A stretch of 2,270 bases of DNA from Escherichia coli (lineage in GTDB: Bacteria > Pseudomonadota > Gammaproteobacteria > Enterobacterales > Enterobacteriaceae): the NCBI RefSeq assembly GCF_003334255.1, contig NZ_QOWU01000138.1; one strand, given 5' to 3'. Shown here in pieces: positions 1 through 2,270 of this stretch. A model generated the notes under the pieces. The model searched no databases, was not told the origin of the DNA, and saw only the letters and a program-made list of their open reading frames with translations. Position 1 is the stretch's first letter, and every line of letters begins with the position of its first letter. A program made the position numbers and the translations under genes.

Positions 1-25
1 GTAAGCGTAAAGCCAATGCCGTCTG
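1..25. repeat. Left terminal inverted repeat (IRL) of the IS66-family element; inner boundary approximate
   Basis: The window starts with 5'-GTAAGCGTAAAGCCAATGCC..., the terminal motif typical of IS66-family inverted repeats. The inner extent cannot be fixed because the right inverted repeat is not in the window for comparison. Confidence 0.55.
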
Positions 26-34
26 TAACACCTG

Positions 35-72
35 CTCCTTGCAGACTAAATTAGAGCTCCTTCTAAATTAGA
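35..72 (+). promoter_or_regulatory. Subterminal imperfect tandem repeat (CTCCTT[GCAGA]CTAAATTAGA / CTCCTTCTAAATTAGA) overlapping a candidate tnpA promoter; possible transposase-binding or promoter region
   Basis: Seen in sequence: CTCCTT at 35-40 and 57-62; CTAAATTAGA at 46-55 and 63-72. A TTGCAG -35-like hexamer lies at 39-44, with AT-rich -10 candidates (TCTAAA 62-67, TAAATT 65-70) 17-20 bp downstream. Functional role is inferred only. Confidence 0.25.
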
Positions 73-73
73 C

Positions 74-77
74 GGAG
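74..77 (+). promoter_or_regulatory. Shine-Dalgarno sequence (GGAG) for tnpA
   Basis: GGAG at 74-77 lies 8 nt upstream of the ATG at 86. Confidence 0.5.
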
Positions 78-85
78 TTCTATTG

Positions 86-520
86 ATGGATAAACCTACA
101 GACTGGCGCTCCGGAACCCGCCGGATATTTTCTAATGAATTTAAACTTCATATGGTTGAACTGGCTTCGAAACCAAATGCCAATGTTGCACAACTGGCCC
201 GGGAACATGGCGTTGATAACAACCTGATTTTTAAATGGCTACGCCTCTGGCAAAGAGAAGGACGTATTTCTCGTAGAATGCCTCCAACTATTGTAGGCCC
301 TACAGTATCACAATCTTTTCCGGCCTCTCCGACTCTGGTTCCAGTGGAACTTATCGACACCCCGCGCTGTGCTACAGATGCTCCTGCTCCGGAGGCATTA
401 TCAGTTGCTTGTGCAGCTTCCTGCCATGTGGAATTCCATTACGGTAAAATGATGCTGGAAAATCCTTCACCAGAGCTGCTCACGGTGTTGATCCGTGAGC
501 TGACCGGGAGGGGACGATGA
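86..520 (+). CDS. tnpA: IS66-family TnpA (orf1): small helix-turn-helix transposase accessory protein
   Basis: The six-frame track gives ORF 83..520, but 83 is a TTG. The ATG at 86 has GGAG 8 nt upstream and is the preferred start, giving 144 aa. The N-terminal region (RRIFSNEFKLHMVELASKPNANVAQLAREHGVDNNLIFKWLRLWQREG) resembles the HTH 'transposase_8'-type domain of IS66 orf1 proteins. The stop TGA overlaps the tnpB start. Confidence 0.85.
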   Translation: MDKPTDWRSGTRRIFSNEFKLHMVELASKPNANVAQLAREHGVDNNLIFKWLRLWQREGRISRRMPPTIVGPTVSQSFPASPTLVPVELIDTPRCATDAPAPEALSVACAASCHVEFHYGKMMLENPSPELLTVLIRELTGRGR

Positions 521-867
521 TTTCACTCCCATCAGGTACCCGTATCTGGCTCGTTGCCGGCGTTACTGATATGCGTAAATCCTTCAACGGTCTGGGGGAG
601 CAGATACAGCATGTGCTGGATGATAACCCCTTCTCCGGTCACCTGTTTATCTTCCGTGGCCGACGGGGAGACATGATTAAAATCCTGTGGGCTGATGCTG
701 ATGGTCTGTGCCTGTTCACCAAACGCCTTGAGGAAGGTCAGTTTATCTGGCCTGCGGTGCGTGACGGTAAGATATCCATTACCCGCTCGCAACTGGCAAT
801 GCTCCTCGATAAGCTGGACTGGCGTCAGCCAAAAACATCCCGCCTTAACGCACTGACAATGTTGTAA
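517..867 (+). CDS. tnpB: IS66-family TnpB (IS66 Orf2-like protein), 116 aa; function in transposition not defined
   Basis: ATG at 517 overlaps the tnpA stop (ATGA at 517-520) and is preceded by GGGAGGGG at about 503-510. Size and sequence (IWLVAGVTDMRKSFNGLGEQIQ...GHLFIFRGRRGDMIKILWADADGLCLFTKRLE) are typical of IS66 Orf2 proteins. Stop TAA at 865-867. Confidence 0.88.
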   Translation: MISLPSGTRIWLVAGVTDMRKSFNGLGEQIQHVLDDNPFSGHLFIFRGRRGDMIKILWADADGLCLFTKRLEEGQFIWPAVRDGKISITRSQLAMLLDKLDWRQPKTSRLNALTML

Positions 868-890
868 AAAACTCCTGACCGCATTATAAA
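862..890 (+). promoter_or_regulatory. Candidate sigma70-like promoter in the tnpB-tnpC spacer (TTGTAA -17 bp- TATAAA)
   Basis: Seen in sequence: TTGTAA at 862-867 (overlapping the tnpB stop codon) and TATAAA at 885-890 with a 17-bp spacer. The predicted transcription start would fall at about 896-898, at the tnpC ATG. No experimental support; hexamer match only. Confidence 0.18.
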
Positions 891-897
891 AACGGCC

Positions 898-2270
898 ATG
901 AGTCAGAAATACCTCATTCGCATCGCTGAGCTGGAAAGGCTGCTCTCTGAGCAGGCTGAAGCCCTCCGTCAGAAAGACCAGCAACTGAGTCTGGTTGAAG
1001 AGACGGAGGCCTTCCTGCGCTCTGCACTGGCACGTGCCGAAGAAAAGATCGAAGAAGATGAACGGGAAATAGAGCATCTGCGGGCTCAGATAGAAAAACT
1101 GCGCCGGATGCTGTTCGGAACCCGTTCTGAAAAACTGCGTCGTGAGGTTGAACAGGCTGAAGCCCTGCTGAAACAACGCGAGCAGGAAAGCGATCGTTAC
1201 AGTGGGCGTGAGGATGACCCGCTGGTTCCCCGCCAGTTGCGACAGTCGCGCCATCGTCGTCCGTTACCGGCACATCTCCCCCGTGAAATATACCGCCTGG
1301 AGCCTGAAGAAAGCTGTTGCCCGGAGTGTGGCGGTGAGCTGGATTATCTGGGGGAAGTCAGCGCAGAACAACTGGAACTGGTGAGCAGCGCCCTGAAAGG
1401 GATCCGCACAGAACGGGTAAAAAAAGCCTGTACAAAATGTGACTGCATCGTTGAAGCACCGGCACCATCCCGTCCGATAGAGCGTGGTATCGCGGGCCCG
1501 GGGTTACTTGCCCGCGTGTTAACGGGAAAATACTGCGAACACCTGCCACTGTATCGTCAGAGTGAAATCTTTGCCCGCCAGGGTGTCGAACTGAGCCGTG
1601 CCTTACTCTCCAACTGGGTTGATGCGTGCTGCCAGTTAATGACTCCGCTGAATGATGCCCTGTACAGTTATGTGATGAACACCCGCAAGGTTCACACTGA
1701 TGACACACCAGTAAAAGTACTGGCACCGGGCAGGAAGAAGGCGAAAACAGGATATATCTGGACGTATGTCCGGGATGACCGAAATGCCGATTCGCCAGAA
1801 CCTCCGGCGGTCTGGTTCGCCTACTCACCGGACCATCAGGGTAAACATCCGGAGCAACACCTTCGTCCCTTCCGGGGTATCCTGCAGGCAGATGCGTTCG
1901 CAGGTTACGATCGGCTGTTCAGTGCCGAACGTGAAGGCGGCGCGTTGACGGAAGCAGGATGCTGGGCTCATGCGCGGCGCAAAATCCACGATGTATATAT
2001 CAGTACCAAAAGCGCGACGGCGGAAGAAGCACTGAAACTAATCGGCGAACTGTACGCCATTGAGCACGAAATACGCGGGTTGCCGGTGTCTGAACGCCTG
2101 GCGGTCAGGCAAATGCAGAGTAAACCGCTACTGACTTCCCTGTATAAGCTGATGCAGGAGAAAGAACACACGTTATCGAAAAAATGCCGTCTGAGAGATG
2201 CGTTCCGGTATATCAGGAAGCACTGGGTTGCGTTGTGCAACTTCTGTGATGACGGTCTGGCGGAGGCGGA
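898..2270 (+). CDS. tnpC: IS66-family TnpC DDE transposase, 3'-truncated by the window edge (457 codons present, no stop)
   Basis: Open frame from ATG 898 to the window end with no stop, which is why it is absent from the ORF track. Translation begins MSQKYLIRIAELERLLSEQAEALRQKDQQL... (heptad, Leu/Glu-rich coiled coil). It has Cys clusters CCPEC (1315-1329) and CTKCDC (1429-1446), candidate catalytic residues in HTDDTP (1699-1704), QADAFAGYD (1891-1911) and EAGCWAHARRK (1951-1980), matching the IS66 transposase DDE signature. The antisense ORFs across this span are shadows. Confidence 0.92.
   Translation, partial: MSQKYLIRIAELERLLSEQAEALRQKDQQLSLVEETEAFLRSALARAEEKIEEDEREIEHLRAQIEKLRRMLFGTRSEKLRREVEQAEALLKQREQESDRYSGREDDPLVPRQLRQSRHRRPLPAHLPREIYRLEPEESCCPECGGELDYLGEVSAEQLELVSSALKGIRTERVKKACTKCDCIVEAPAPSRPIERGIAGPGLLARVLTGKYCEHLPLYRQSEIFARQGVELSRALLSNWVDACCQLMTPLNDALYSYVMNTRKVHTDDTPVKVLAPGRKKAKTGYIWTYVRDDRNADSPEPPAVWFAYSPDHQGKHPEQHLRPFRGILQADAFAGYDRLFSAEREGGALTEAGCWAHARRKIHDVYISTKSATAEEALKLIGELYAIEHEIRGLPVSERLAVRQMQSKPLLTSLYKLMQEKEHTLSKKCRLRDAFRYIRKHWVALCNFCDDGLAEA

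Larger units (their letters stand above)
1..2270 (+). mobile_element. IS66-family insertion sequence, partial: left terminus through most of tnpC; right end beyond the window
   Basis: Seen in sequence: GTAAGCG at bases 1-7, then three co-oriented ORFs whose sizes, order and translated motifs match the IS66 orf1/orf2/orf3 organisation (about 145 aa HTH protein; 116 aa Orf2; large DDE transposase with CWAHARR motif). Established knowledge: IS66-family elements are about 2.4-2.7 kb with tnpA-tnpB-tnpC and terminal repeats beginning GTAAGCG. Exact family member not determinable without a search. Confidence 0.88.

Noticed and set aside
83-85. TTG at 83 as the tnpA start codon (as given in the six-frame track)
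   Set aside because: The ATG at 86 is immediately downstream with better spacing (8 nt) from the GGAG at 74-77. The TTG would sit only 5 nt from that sequence. The difference is a single codon either way.
148-360. 70-aa minus-strand ORF inside tnpA
   Set aside because: Antisense to tnpA, with no ribosome-binding site or recognisable motif. Shadow ORF.
517-867. Possibility that 'TnpB' here is an IS200/IS605-type RNA-guided nuclease
   Set aside because: At 116 aa with no RuvC-like or zinc-finger nuclease motifs, and sitting in an IS66 tnpA-tnpB-tnpC context, it is the unrelated IS66 Orf2 protein. Only the name is shared.
532-1254. 240-aa ORF on the minus strand spanning the tnpB/tnpC region
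   Set aside because: It is entirely antisense to two well-supported genes. Its translation is Phe/Leu/Gln-rich low-complexity sequence, as expected for the reverse complement of a Glu/Lys/Leu-rich coiled-coil coding region. No start context is visible. It is a shadow ORF.
914-1273. 119-aa minus-strand ORF
   Set aside because: Antisense to the tnpC coiled-coil region; Pro/Ala/Gly-rich and not protein-like. Shadow ORF.
1202-1384. 60-aa plus-strand ORF in an alternate frame within tnpC
   Set aside because: It lies entirely within tnpC in a different frame. tnpC is continuous through this region, so there is no frameshift to explain.
1358-1828. 156-aa minus-strand ORF
   Set aside because: Antisense to the tnpC zinc-finger and catalytic region; Cys/Pro/His/Ser-rich nonsense-like translation with no independent support.
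1766-1948. 60-aa plus-strand ORF in an alternate frame within tnpC
   Set aside because: Same reasoning: an alternate-frame overlap of a well-supported gene with no independent signal.
1968-2240. 90-aa minus-strand ORF
   Set aside because: Antisense to the tnpC catalytic region. Shadow ORF.
1-2270. CRISPR array, tRNA or rRNA genes, integron or defence-system signatures
   Set aside because: There are no spaced direct repeats beyond the short subterminal pair and no structured-RNA-like regions. The three transposition genes account for essentially all of the window.

Overview
The whole window reads as the left ~2.27 kb of an IS66-family insertion sequence in the usual three-gene layout on the + strand. 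Base 1 starts with GTAAGCG, consistent with an IS66-type terminal inverted repeat, followed by a short leader with tandem subterminal repeats. Then come tnpA (86..520, small HTH protein), tnpB (517..867, IS66 Orf2-type accessory protein, start overlapping the tnpA stop as ATGA) and tnpC (898..>2270, DDE transposase with coiled-coil, zinc-finger and DDE/CWAHARR motifs, cut off by the window end). The right end of the element (last ~60-80 codons of tnpC plus the right inverted repeat) and all flanking host DNA lie outside the window. Codon usage looks enterobacterial, but the exact IS name cannot be assigned without a database search. I see no evidence of a novel system: every long ORF not in the tnpA/B/C frames is antisense or an alternate-frame shadow of these genes. 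The items worth a second look are small regulatory details: the subterminal repeats, an internal promoter-like hexamer pair before tnpC, and the fact that tnpB and tnpC share a reading frame separated by a single TAA.
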